Position numbers and translations under genes: made by a program
Source: an uncultured Flavobacteriaceae bacterium
GTDB lineage: Bacteria > Bacteroidota > Bacteroidia > Flavobacteriales > Flavobacteriaceae
DNA length: 64,000 nt
Reading direction: 5' to 3'
NCBI GenBank assembly: GCA_947489085.1
Contig: CANLCJ010000007.1
Coordinates: forward strand, 36,467 to 100,466
Notes under the pieces: model-generated
Seen by the model: the letters and a program-made list of their open reading frames with translations, nothing else
What the model was told of the DNA's origin: nothing
Databases searched by the model: none
In this document: piece by piece, positions 41,827 to 51,437 of the stretch
How the letters are laid out: every line of letters begins with the position of its first letter
Position numbering within the stretch: position 1 is the stretch's first letter

Positions 41827-43851
41827 TTAATACCGTTTCCGCTCTAAAGTATTCCCTTCCTTATCGTACACCTTCCAAACACCTACACGCTTGTCTTTTT
41901 TATAGCGCCCTTTAATATTTATAGTTCCAGTTGGAAAATATTTCCTGTAAACACCATGTTTTAGTCCTTTTTTCAATGGAACACTTACTTTCAATGTTCC
42001 GTCTTTATAGAGTTCTTTGTATTTTTTCGCATTTAAATCGTCTGGTGTAATGGCATCTACTTTTATAACTTCTTCGTCTTCCACCATTCTAAGTAAGTGA
42101 TTATTGCTTACTTCTGGTTGTGCCATAATTTTTGGCAATACGCTATACTTAATGTTTAGCATTTCTTGGGGTTGGGCTGTAAAATGCAGTATTTTCTCAA
42201 AAGTTTTCGGGTCGCGGTAGGCTGCCGTAAATTTACTTTCGAACATTGCTCCAGAGGCTGATAATTGCAATCCTATTTGAGAGAAACATGTGATGTAGGC
42301 TTTATTTCTCTCTAATTCTTTCCTTGCGGTTGCACTAAGCATTGTACTTATATTTTTATAAAACAAGGGCATATTTAAGTACGCAAACATGTTAGATTTC
42401 GAGTCGAAATTTTCAGAAAAACGCTTGTATTCTTTAGAGGTTATTAAGGTGTTCTTAGCTTCAAAATCATTGATAATATCTTTTAACGTTTGTGGGTGGT
42501 TGCTAAAAATTACATAATCTTCGATAATGGTAAAGTAGGGTTTGTCTAAATCTTTAAAAAATCGCCCTAAAAGCGGTTTAAAAAACCCTTTCATAGCCAT
42601 AAAATTGATGGCATAACCGCGATAACTAACCTGCCTAAATTTAACAGGTGTTTTCTTCTTGATTTGCTTTAAAACAAAGTCGAGTTCTTCTTTAGCGTCA
42701 TCGCCATCTTTAGCTTTTAAAACTACCGCAAATTCGTTTTTCTTACCTAGTGCATTGGGTTGTAATTGTAAAAAGGCAATCTCATCGTCCATCCAACTTA
42801 TAAATTGATCTTGAACACTTATGTTTAAAAATTTTTCTGTTTTTAAAATGGTGTTATCATAGGTTTGGAATGTGGCTTCTTTTTTTGCTTTTAATTCTTG
42901 AAAGTTTTCATAGAAACGCTCAAAATCGTCAAATCCTAAACTCAAATAAAATGCTGTACGTTGCGGCGCAACTTTAGCTATACTTCGTTTTCCAAGTCCA
43001 GATTTGTGTAAAGCTTCTATATATGTTTCGTTGGTATCCTTAAAATTAGTATAGCCTTCTGCTTTTAGCAGATCGTTGTCTAAATCGAAACTAAACCCTG
43101 AATACAACAGGTTATCGCTTATGTATTGTAAAGATTCGTTTGGCACATCCATATACGCCTTAGCAAAATCGTCCAAATAGTTTTGTTGTACATATAAACG
43201 AAGCATATCATCGTGACCTACTTTCTTAAAAACATCCAAATAGTACTGGTCTCTGCCTATAACTGGTTTTACATATTCTGCTATGGCAGCCTCGGTTAGT
43301 GCATTTGTGTACGATGCCACTAGTAAATTATCTAAAATGGTAATGTATAGGGTTTCTTTTGTTGTTTTATCTAACAACTCTATAATTTCGTGCTTATCGT
43401 GTATGCGTCTGCTAAAGCTATAATCATCACTCAGTACTTTATCCAGATAATCTTTTAACTGGGTAAATTTTGAAATTTTTTGCAGGTCTACCACAAATAA
43501 AAAATCGTAATCGTTTTTTTTATACATGTGTGCAGATACCAACAGAGCCCTAGACCCCAAAAGCTTGAAAAGTTTTTTATTTTCTTGAAAAAGTGTATCT
43601 AATGTGTTTGCGTTCTCTGTGAGTTCCGAAAAGTAGGTTTGTTTTTTTAAATGTTTCCAAATAGTATTGGCTCGAATTTCTTCCCAAGTAGAAATGGGTT
43701 CTTCGGTTTCTATAAAAAATACAGCGTTAGACGGGATTACGTATATAGGTTTTAACGATTTTGTTGGAGAAACAACTAATGTGTAGAGCCCATAGCCTAG
43801 ACTACAACATAAAATTACTATTATTAATACTATATATCGTTTTTTGCTCAT
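41827..43851 (-). CDS. DUF3352-like membrane-anchored protein with C-terminal MORN-variant repeats
   Basis: N-terminal TM helix; IYVIPSNAVFFIE; KPYFTIIEDYVIFSNHPQTL; C-terminal KHGVYRKYFPTG..GRYKKDKRVGVWKVYDKEG. Confidence 0.6.
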   Translation of the reverse strand: MSKKRYIVLIIVILCCSLGYGLYTLVVSPTKSLKPIYVIPSNAVFFIETEEPISTWEEIRANTIWKHLKKQTYFSELTENANTLDTLFQENKKLFKLLGSRALLVSAHMYKKNDYDFLFVVDLQKISKFTQLKDYLDKVLSDDYSFSRRIHDKHEIIELLDKTTKETLYITILDNLLVASYTNALTEAAIAEYVKPVIGRDQYYLDVFKKVGHDDMLRLYVQQNYLDDFAKAYMDVPNESLQYISDNLLYSGFSFDLDNDLLKAEGYTNFKDTNETYIEALHKSGLGKRSIAKVAPQRTAFYLSLGFDDFERFYENFQELKAKKEATFQTYDNTILKTEKFLNISVQDQFISWMDDEIAFLQLQPNALGKKNEFAVVLKAKDGDDAKEELDFVLKQIKKKTPVKFRQVSYRGYAINFMAMKGFFKPLLGRFFKDLDKPYFTIIEDYVIFSNHPQTLKDIINDFEAKNTLITSKEYKRFSENFDSKSNMFAYLNMPLFYKNISTMLSATARKELERNKAYITCFSQIGLQLSASGAMFESKFTAAYRDPKTFEKILHFTAQPQEMLNIKYSVLPKIMAQPEVSNNHLLRMVEDEEVIKVDAITPDDLNAKKYKELYKDGTLKVSVPLKKGLKHGVYRKYFPTGTINIKGRYKKDKRVGVWKVYDKEGNTLERKRY

Positions 43852-43913
43852 AATTACAGTTAAGTAGGATTCTGTTTAATTTGCTCTAAAATATTAATAT
43901 TTTACTAAAAAAA

Positions 43914-43947
43914 CATAGCCACTCGTTTTAAGAAAACTGTGGCTATG
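43914..43947 (-). terminator. Probable intrinsic terminator after the third GH78
   Basis: catagccac / gtggctatg stem with inner gtttt/aaaac pairing, U-tract on the - strand, about 55 nt after the stop at 44003. Confidence 0.6.
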
Positions 43948-44002
43948 CGTTTTTGTTATTGGTATTCTATGTTTAATTATGGTGCTAACCTCATAACATC
44001 TT

Positions 44003-46876
44003 TTATTTTGTGTAACGTATGGTGTATTTACCAGAACCCAACATCACATTGGTTTTGTCTTTAATTTGGATGTTATTTTTAGACTTGAACGTGTTAAAAG
44101 CCTCCCCGTTTATATGCAGTGTCTCTAAAGCATTTTTAGTTAACACTAATTGAGCTTTAGTATTAAAAGGCACTTCTAATTGTGCGGAAAATTCGGTACT
44201 AGTTTGTGTCCATTCATTTTTAATTGTACCGTAAGATGTAGGGACTTTTACTGTTGTGCTTTTTACCGCTTTTGGGTACTGGGGGTGTACAGTAAATTCT
44301 TTGTAACCTGGCTGCTCTGTACTAGATTTTATACCTCCTAAAGCTTCGTAAAAATAAGCTGCAAATCCAGAGTGCATTGGGTGATTTAGAGAGTTTGTTG
44401 GCCCTTCTAGTTTTTCCCATTCGAATTGGCGTTCTGGCCATGTGGTGAAACCAGAATTCATTACATAGGTTTGGCTTGGAAAGTCTGGTGTTGTTAATAT
44501 CTGGTAAGCTAGGTCTGCTTTTCCGTATTTAGAAAGCACAGTATATATGTAACGGTTACCATGAATTCCTGTTGAATGGTGACCGCCTTTAACAACAACA
44601 ATATCATGTTCTAACCCATTTACAATACTTTCAATATCGTTTTCTGGCGCTATTCCAAATTGCAAAGCTTGTACCGTTGCTGTTTGGCTCTGGTACCACT
44701 TATGTTTTGTATTGGGTATTTCAACTAAGTACTCTTTATTAAATGCGTTTTTTAAATCTTGCTGTTCATTCTGCATTTTAGTGGCATAGGCTTCATCGTT
44801 ATTCAATTCTGCAAAGGTTTTCATAATCCCTAAAACATCGTAAAAATAGGCGTTTGCAGAAATAATGGGGTTACATTCCATAGCAGAAGGATTTTTACGT
44901 CTGTCCCATCGCGGTGGACACCAGTCGCCCATACCATCTTGCATTATACCGTTTTCGCCCTTATAATTGAGGTAAAAATCGGTTAAACCTTTCATTTCCT
45001 CATAGTATTCTTTAACTATAGCATCATCTCCATAAAATTTATAATTGTACCATGGCAAATACATGGTAGCTACTCCCCAATCTATCTTAGCATAGGTAGA
45101 TGTTCGCTTCCCAGGGGCAATCATTGTAGGCACTTTAAATTTAATTTCCGGATTGTTATGTCCTTTTAAGGGACGCATTTGTGTTTTAATGTCTTCCATG
45201 TATTTTTTGTAGAAATCGTACATATCATAATTATACAATGCATATTCGCAAAAGGCGTGTGCATCTCCTAACCATCCACATTTTTCGCGGTGAGGGCAAT
45301 CCTCTGGAATACCGTGAATGTTATCTGCAATAGTCCATTTGCTTATCTCGTGCATTTTATTAAACAAACTGTCTGAAGATTTAAAATATCCTGTTTCTTT
45401 AATATCTGTTGCTACCAATACTGCTTTAATCATATTAGCATCTGGCTTTACATTCGTGCCTTTAATTTTAGCAAATCTAAATCCGTGATAGCTAAATTTA
45501 GGTTCCCAGGATTCTACACCATTTCCTTTACAGATGTACTTATAGATTTGAGCCATTCCATTAGCTCCTCCACCTGTAGAACCTTGAAAAACATCTTTGC
45601 CGTTTGTTAATAACGCTTCTGTTGTAGTAACTTCTATTAATTGTCCTGCTTTTCCTTGTACATTTAGCTTTACCCAACCAGCAATGTTTTGTCCGAAGTC
45701 CACTATCCAATTGCCGTCTGGTGCTTTAAACACCTTTTGTGGTTCAAACTCTTTTAGTTTTTTAATGGCAGGAATTTGCTGTGCACTTATTTTTTTAACC
45801 TTTGGAGCAGCTACTTTAGCATTACCCCAAGATGTAGCATTGTAACCAACAGTGTTCCAATCTCCCAACTCGTAACGTGCATCGTAAGTATCGCCGCCAT
45901 AAATGTTATTAAATACAATTGGTCCAGTAGCTTCTTTCCATTTCTCGTCGGTATAAAAATCTTCTGACGACCCATCTGTATAGTTTAGCTTTACCAAACA
46001 GCGCACAGTAGGTGGTCCATAAGACACGCCTCTTTTATTTGATTCTGGATCTCTATTCCATGAAATATTTTGCCCATAAAACCCATTTCCTAATATAATT
46101 CCAAAGGCATTTTTACCAGATTGTAACTGGGATGTGATATCGTAATTTACATAATACGCTTGTTTATCGTAATTTGACGGTGCCGGATCTAACACATGAT
46201 CGCCTACTTTCTTACCATTTAAATACAGCTCATAGTACCCTAAACCACAGATATAAACTTGGGCGTTTTCTACTTTTTTATCTAATTTTATTTCGTTTCT
46301 AAAATAACTGGCTGCAAAACCTTCTACTAGCTTTGCTTCTTTCATATTACCTCTCTTGTAGTCTCTAAAGCGATGCTCTGAAGTTCGTGTATCTTTATTT
46401 AAGGTAATCCATTTTGATGCTCCCCAATTTTCAGACCCCATTAAACCTGTTTGAAACTCTTGTACTGGAGACCACTGGGTCACTGCGCCCTCTTCATCCC
46501 AAATTTTCACTTTCCAAAAATAAGTTTGCATTGCTTTTAAGACTTCCCCTTCATATTTTACAAAAGCAGAGTTATCACTATCTATTTTACTAGAGTTCCA
46601 CACGTCTGCGGTTTTTGTGTCAAGGTATTCGCGCTTGCTTGCTACAAGTATTTGGTATGCAGATTGCGACTTATTAAAGTCGGATGCTGCTATTTCCCAT
46701 GAAAACAATGGCGATTTTAACTCTATTGTTTTAGGATTCACCTTAGAATTGCATGTTAGTTTTTCAAATTCTAAGGCAGCGATTTCTGTTTTGGTTTGTT
46801 TTTCTTGGCATGAAGACACCGCGATAACTAAGCTTAACAGAAAGGCTACTGATATTTTATTCAACATAAATTTCAT
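44003..46876 (-). CDS. GH78 alpha-L-rhamnosidase, lipoprotein (start corrected from 47056 to 46876, possibly 46867)
   Basis: VDFGQNIAGW, FSYHGFRF, IPEDCPHREKCGWLGD, TTWPE, SLNHPM. Signal peptide MKFMLNKISVAFLLSLVIAVSSC starts at 46876; the longer track N-terminus looks like non-coding read-through. Confidence 0.9.
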   Translation of the reverse strand: MKFMLNKISVAFLLSLVIAVSSCQEKQTKTEIAALEFEKLTCNSKVNPKTIELKSPLFSWEIAASDFNKSQSAYQILVASKREYLDTKTADVWNSSKIDSDNSAFVKYEGEVLKAMQTYFWKVKIWDEEGAVTQWSPVQEFQTGLMGSENWGASKWITLNKDTRTSEHRFRDYKRGNMKEAKLVEGFAASYFRNEIKLDKKVENAQVYICGLGYYELYLNGKKVGDHVLDPAPSNYDKQAYYVNYDITSQLQSGKNAFGIILGNGFYGQNISWNRDPESNKRGVSYGPPTVRCLVKLNYTDGSSEDFYTDEKWKEATGPIVFNNIYGGDTYDARYELGDWNTVGYNATSWGNAKVAAPKVKKISAQQIPAIKKLKEFEPQKVFKAPDGNWIVDFGQNIAGWVKLNVQGKAGQLIEVTTTEALLTNGKDVFQGSTGGGANGMAQIYKYICKGNGVESWEPKFSYHGFRFAKIKGTNVKPDANMIKAVLVATDIKETGYFKSSDSLFNKMHEISKWTIADNIHGIPEDCPHREKCGWLGDAHAFCEYALYNYDMYDFYKKYMEDIKTQMRPLKGHNNPEIKFKVPTMIAPGKRTSTYAKIDWGVATMYLPWYNYKFYGDDAIVKEYYEEMKGLTDFYLNYKGENGIMQDGMGDWCPPRWDRRKNPSAMECNPIISANAYFYDVLGIMKTFAELNNDEAYATKMQNEQQDLKNAFNKEYLVEIPNTKHKWYQSQTATVQALQFGIAPENDIESIVNGLEHDIVVVKGGHHSTGIHGNRYIYTVLSKYGKADLAYQILTTPDFPSQTYVMNSGFTTWPERQFEWEKLEGPTNSLNHPMHSGFAAYFYEALGGIKSSTEQPGYKEFTVHPQYPKAVKSTTVKVPTSYGTIKNEWTQTSTEFSAQLEVPFNTKAQLVLTKNALETLHINGEAFNTFKSKNNIQIKDKTNVMLGSGKYTIRYTK

Positions 46877-46942
46877 TTTTAAATGTATACTTTTATTTGC
46901 GCATTTTAAGCTACTAAAATTACTTGTAACGTCATTACCAAT

Positions 46943-46959
46943 CATCCTGTATTGTCCTG
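46943..46959 (-). promoter_or_regulatory. Candidate operator (CAGGACA-ata-CAGGATG)
   Basis: 10-bp-period repeat 67 nt upstream of the corrected GH78 start. Confidence 0.55.
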
Positions 46960-47478
46960 TAAATGGGTTAAAATGTATTCTAAAATTAGTTGCAATCAAA
47001 AACACAACTTTCACCTTCTCAAAAACCTGTTTATCAAACAGTTGAAGCCCAAACATAATTAAGTGCTATACTTTATAGTTTTAATAGTCCGAATAAAAGA
47101 AGTGATTTAAATTTAGAATACATCTCAACTAGCCCCTTCAAACTATTTTAAATTCTGTTTAAAAGCCCGATTATTAGCCACAAGAAACACATCTTTTTAA
47201 AACCTTAACTACTACTATACCAGACTAGTAAACTAAAGCGCAGGATAGAAAATTTTAAAAGGCTAATTACATTACAGCCACTAAACTGTTAATTTAAATT
47301 AACAACACACTAAGATAAAAGGCTACAGCAATCGAATACTCCCATTAATTGTGGTTACTTTTCCCTCTGGTTTTTAAGTTGTTTACTCTAAATTAACCTA
47401 ACCACTAAATTAATATAATCATAAAAAAACAATTTTTACAATAGCAAAACTATGTTCTACTTTGCTGTTTTCGAAGTA

Positions 47479-47509
47479 AAAAAAGCTGCCTTATAAGAGC
47501 AGCTTTTTT
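47479..47509. terminator. Bidirectional terminator-like hairpin with no obvious upstream gene
   Basis: aaaaaagctgc / gcagctttttt stem in the divergent intergenic region. Confidence 0.55.
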
Positions 47510-47772
47510 GTTATTTATACCTTTTACATAAAATAAATGAATGTTAAATGTTATTTTTTTTACAAAAAAAACAGGAGCAACAAAATAACATGTATTCTTT
47601 TTCTTTGACATAAAAGAAAGAATAAGAATACAATATAAAATGTACTAAAATCAAGGGCTAAGGGTGTTTACAATCGAAAACAGAAACTTCAATTTTTGAT
47701 CTTCATGGGGCATTAGCTTTTCTTATAACACTATAATTAACTGTTTTACAAACCTATAAATATTAAACATAA

Positions 47773-47789
47773 CAGGTTGGTACAGGATA
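47773..47789 (+). promoter_or_regulatory. Candidate operator (CAGGTTG-gta-CAGGATA)
   Basis: 96 nt upstream of the start at 47885; the motif flips to the + strand together with the gene. Confidence 0.55.
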
Positions 47790-47884
47790 ATTAATTGTGT
47801 AAGCCGTTTTATTTTTAAGAAAAAAGCGCTTTTTAATTTTTACCAACTATTCCATAATTAATACATTAATTTAAATTATTTAAA

Positions 47885-48796
47885 ATGAAAAGAAAACTTA
47901 AACTTACTAATTTCACGAAACTAGGTTTTGCCATCTTACTAACCACTGCTTTTTCGTGTTCTTCTGAAGATTCTGAAACTGTGTTACAAAATGAATTAGC
48001 CACAGAGACTGCTACTAATGTAGCTAATAGAACCAATTGTAATGAAACTAGTTTCCCTAATTTAGGCCCTGGCGCAACCAGAGGACAGGTAAGAGGTTGC
48101 AACGATGTCTCTAACCCGAATAACATAGGCACATTAGATTGTAGATCTTCCGAGGGCGGTTATAGAAATGTAAGCGGTGGCTTTGGAGAATATAGCATTA
48201 CTGGTTCTACAGCCAGATTCGATGGCACTAGAACTCGTGTAGAACGCTTTTTTAATAGTATTAGTCGAGCTGCTAACAGAACCTCAACGTTAACTTATAG
48301 TTTTATAATAGATGATGTGAGTAGCGGTAGTACTTGTATTGTGCAGTCTCATGCTACAGGAAGGATTGTTGCTGGCTCAAGAACTGGGCAAGATGCCAGA
48401 AGTGCTTTGTTTTTACTTTATGTTAAACGTGCTTTAAGAAATGGAAGTCCTATTAGAGACTCCAGTGGTAGAGAGGTCTATGTATTAGAAGTACACGAAT
48501 CTACTACACCTTTTACCAGTACTAATAGAGGTACCAGAACCATTACGCGACTAAGAAACGTTACACAGGGCGTACAATACAATTTATCTTACAGAACTGG
48601 TTACGATGAAAACAGGAATGCCGAATCTAGAATAAGTGTTTCTGGTGGTGGCAATACGAGGAGCCGTAACTTACAACACAATTATACCACAGAGCGCATT
48701 ACAACTAGATATGGCGCTTACGAAGCTTGCGATGTTTGTAGCGACGATGAATTTCAAATTAGAATTAAAAACACTCAGTTTTGTAGAACAAATTAA
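47885..48796 (+). CDS. Divergent PL28/PL7-like beta-jelly-roll lyase, lipoprotein
   Basis: Lipobox AFSC. Aligns by eye with the neighbouring PL28: GEYSI..FD..TRVER, STCIVQSH, ALFLLYVK, RYGAY. Confidence 0.6.
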   Translation: MKRKLKLTNFTKLGFAILLTTAFSCSSEDSETVLQNELATETATNVANRTNCNETSFPNLGPGATRGQVRGCNDVSNPNNIGTLDCRSSEGGYRNVSGGFGEYSITGSTARFDGTRTRVERFFNSISRAANRTSTLTYSFIIDDVSSGSTCIVQSHATGRIVAGSRTGQDARSALFLLYVKRALRNGSPIRDSSGREVYVLEVHESTTPFTSTNRGTRTITRLRNVTQGVQYNLSYRTGYDENRNAESRISVSGGGNTRSRNLQHNYTTERITTRYGAYEACDVCSDDEFQIRIKNTQFCRTN

Positions 48797-48965
48797 AAAA
48801 GAAAAGCGCTTACTAAAAATATATTTGTGTTTTTTAATACATATTTTAAAGAGATCAAACGTATAAACGTTTAATCTCTTTTCTTTTAACATTTCACCTC
48901 AACTAACACAACTACTTAATTATCAGCACCAATTACAAGTAATTTAACTTTTTTATAAATATTTC

Positions 48966-48996
48966 TTTACAGTTTAATTAAACAATAATATCTTTG
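48966..48996 (+). promoter_or_regulatory. Possible Bacteroidota sigma70 promoter (TTTA-N19-TATCTTTG)
   Basis: Matches the -7 consensus TAnnTTTG with a near-consensus -33 element, 123 nt upstream of the PL28 start. Confidence 0.4.
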
Positions 48997-49119
48997 ATTT
49001 AACATAATTATTCCTACAATTTATTTCATAACTAAACTTAGCTCAAATAATATGAGATTGTTATTGGAATATGTTATGACCCTTAAATCTAATCATGAAT
49101 TTTTAAACATTAAACTATT

Positions 49120-50064
49120 ATGTATTCATTAAAATTAAGTAACTTATTTAGAACAGGCTTTTTAATTCTATTAGTCTCTACAACTTCTTGTTCTGTTGAA
49201 GACGAGGTAAACACTTTGGAAGAAAATAGTACTTACGAAAACACCGAGGATTTATTTTCTAAAAGAAAACCGAAATCTGATGACGATGTTTGCACACCAG
49301 AAGGTAATAATACGTCTCGAATATATACATTCCCTAACGATGTTAACAAAACTACAGTATGGGCAACATCGCAAATTGATGACAGAACTTGTGCTTATGA
49401 TTACACACAAGAAACTTTCAATAACCTTACTTATGGTGTATACAAGCTTAAAACAAATTCAAATCATTTTGATAATTTGCAACCAAGAATTGAACGTCCT
49501 AGTAGAGCTGTTAACACTACAGGCAATGGCAGTTATGTTCTTATATCTGGTTATGTAACCATACGTGAAGCAGGACATGTTTCAGACCAATGGCCTTTTG
49601 ATGATGTTCGAAACCAATCTGGATCTTACTTCATACAAGCTAAAGGAAAACATACCAACCCAGATATTGGTTCTAACGACCCTGCAATTTGCTTACTTTT
49701 AGCTAAACCAAAATTTACTGGACAAAATCAAACCTCCTTCGATATTTACAGAGAGGAAATTACCAAAAGAGGTGGTTCTGGAACAACAGGTAGACAAATG
49801 GTGTTCCTTACTAATATTCCAGCCAATACACGCAAATTTGTAAGCATGAAAAATGGATTTAATGCCAATAACGAGCAATATGTAAACATAACCATTGGAG
49901 ACACCGATTATAACTGGATAGTACCTAATTCTATAGGCGAGGTAAATGGCCTTAACCAAGTAGGAACACAAGCTAAAATACGTTTTGGTGCCTACCGCTG
50001 TAAAGGTGGCGAAGCTGATATTTTATGGGATACTGTAAACCAGAGTTACAACGAGGTTCAATAA
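49120..50064 (+). CDS. PL28 ulvan lyase, lipoprotein, catalytic domain only
   Basis: DDRTCAYDY, YGVYK..SNHFD.LQPRIER, GSYFIQAKGKH, DPAICL.LAKP, IRFGAY match the NLR48/Formosa PL28 pattern as recalled; lipobox TTSC. Confidence 0.85.
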   Translation: MYSLKLSNLFRTGFLILLVSTTSCSVEDEVNTLEENSTYENTEDLFSKRKPKSDDDVCTPEGNNTSRIYTFPNDVNKTTVWATSQIDDRTCAYDYTQETFNNLTYGVYKLKTNSNHFDNLQPRIERPSRAVNTTGNGSYVLISGYVTIREAGHVSDQWPFDDVRNQSGSYFIQAKGKHTNPDIGSNDPAICLLLAKPKFTGQNQTSFDIYREEITKRGGSGTTGRQMVFLTNIPANTRKFVSMKNGFNANNEQYVNITIGDTDYNWIVPNSIGEVNGLNQVGTQAKIRFGAYRCKGGEADILWDTVNQSYNEVQ

Positions 50065-50220
50065 TTTAACCCAGATCATTCATTAGAAAATCCATTAGGG
50101 CTTTCAAATGTTTCAAACACTAGCGTGACGCTTTGCTTATGGCATTTCAAACCCTCATGACGATGTTATAATGCATAGTCTGGATTAAAAAAAACAGGAT
50201 CGATCCACTACAACATAACC

Positions 50221-50256
50221 AAAAAGACATAAGGCAACATTGCTTTATGTCTTTTT
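50221..50256. terminator. Bidirectional terminator between convergent genes
   Basis: aaaaagacataaggca / tgctttatgtcttttt (one wobble), A/U tracts on both sides. Confidence 0.8.
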
Positions 50257-50324
50257 CGGTTATTATTTCATGATTGAGTTTGTATACACAAACAAAAATT
50301 TATCTAAATTATTTTATCTTATAC

Positions 50325-51422
50325 CTAAACACGCTCTAATTTTATAGGGTATGCTTTATTCGCATTCCATTGGCACACGTATAAATTTTCATCATTATCT
50401 ACACATACATCATGGCAATGGCGAAAAATAGGCTGCTCTTGTACCATGCGTTGTAGTTTTCCTTTTTTATACTTTGGTTTTGTGCCACCAGGATTAGACA
50501 CCACTTTTCCCTTTTCATCTAAAATAGTTACAAAACCTGATTTAGGATTGATGTTGTAAGGATGTGTGTTTTTGTCGCCTTCTACATAATCGATCCCTGA
50601 CGACCAACATACCCCTGAATATAAGTTTTTATTATGAATCACGGGGCGACATACAAATGCGCCTGGTAAATCTATTTGTTCTATATATTTGCCGTCTAAC
50701 GTAAAGCGCTTAAAACAATTGGCTGCTCTAGAGGTGATTAATAAAGTAGGTTCTTTGCCTCTATAATCGATACAAACCCCATGACTAGTTTGAAATTGAT
50801 TTTGACCTGTACCTCTTCCTTCTCCTATTTTTCTAATAAATTCTCCATCTTTTGTAAATTGTAACACGTAGTTAGCGCCATAGCCATCGGCTATATAAAT
50901 ATCTCCATTAGGGCCAATAGCACTTTCTGTAGGCTTAAATTTATCTTTTTTAGCGTAGGCACCGTATTTAGAGGGGTGTCCTATAATCATTAATTCTCTA
51001 CCATCGGTTGTTGTTTTTATCATGCTTTCGCCTTTGGCGTCGCAGATAAATAAAAAATCTTCAGAACCATCGTTCCATATAGACAAGCCATGCCCACCTT
51101 TGTAACGAATACCCCAAGAATCTAACAGTTTTCCTGATTTATCGTAAATTAAAATATTATTTTTAGTATTGTCTCCTACCAAGATTAAACGCCCTTTGGA
51201 GTCCATAACCATTTCGTGGCAATTTTTAACAGGCGTAATGGCCCTATCTAAATCGCCCCAAGACTTGTGTACTTTATACTTAAAATCGCCATGCCCAATA
51301 ACAGTATCATACATTTTAGGCTTCGACTTTAATATGTTAAAATGTGGCACTACAGCTAAACCTAAACTTGCTTTTGCCGTGGTATTTATAAATGTTCTTC
51401 TGTTTATTTTAGATTTTGTCAT
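50325..51422 (-). CDS. Tat-exported NHL-repeat six-bladed beta-propeller, similar to peptidyl-alpha-hydroxyglycine alpha-amidating lyase (PAL)
   Basis: Tat signal INRRTFI; GGHGL, GDIYIADGYG, TSHGVCI, TSRAAN, HCHDVCVD..NLYV. Confidence 0.75.
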   Translation of the reverse strand: MTKSKINRRTFINTTAKASLGLAVVPHFNILKSKPKMYDTVIGHGDFKYKVHKSWGDLDRAITPVKNCHEMVMDSKGRLILVGDNTKNNILIYDKSGKLLDSWGIRYKGGHGLSIWNDGSEDFLFICDAKGESMIKTTTDGRELMIIGHPSKYGAYAKKDKFKPTESAIGPNGDIYIADGYGANYVLQFTKDGEFIRKIGEGRGTGQNQFQTSHGVCIDYRGKEPTLLITSRAANCFKRFTLDGKYIEQIDLPGAFVCRPVIHNKNLYSGVCWSSGIDYVEGDKNTHPYNINPKSGFVTILDEKGKVVSNPGGTKPKYKKGKLQRMVQEQPIFRHCHDVCVDNDENLYVCQWNANKAYPIKLERV

Positions 51423-51437
51423 GATTACTGTAAACGT

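Noticed and set aside
41827-42050. MORN-variant repeats as a YwqK-type antitoxin (toxin-antitoxin system)
   Set aside because: Only a short tail of a large membrane protein, and no toxin gene is nearby.
46877-47056. 60-aa N-terminal extension of the third GH78 in the ORF track
   Set aside because: It precedes a clear lipoprotein signal peptide and contains a candidate operator, so it is likely untranslated.
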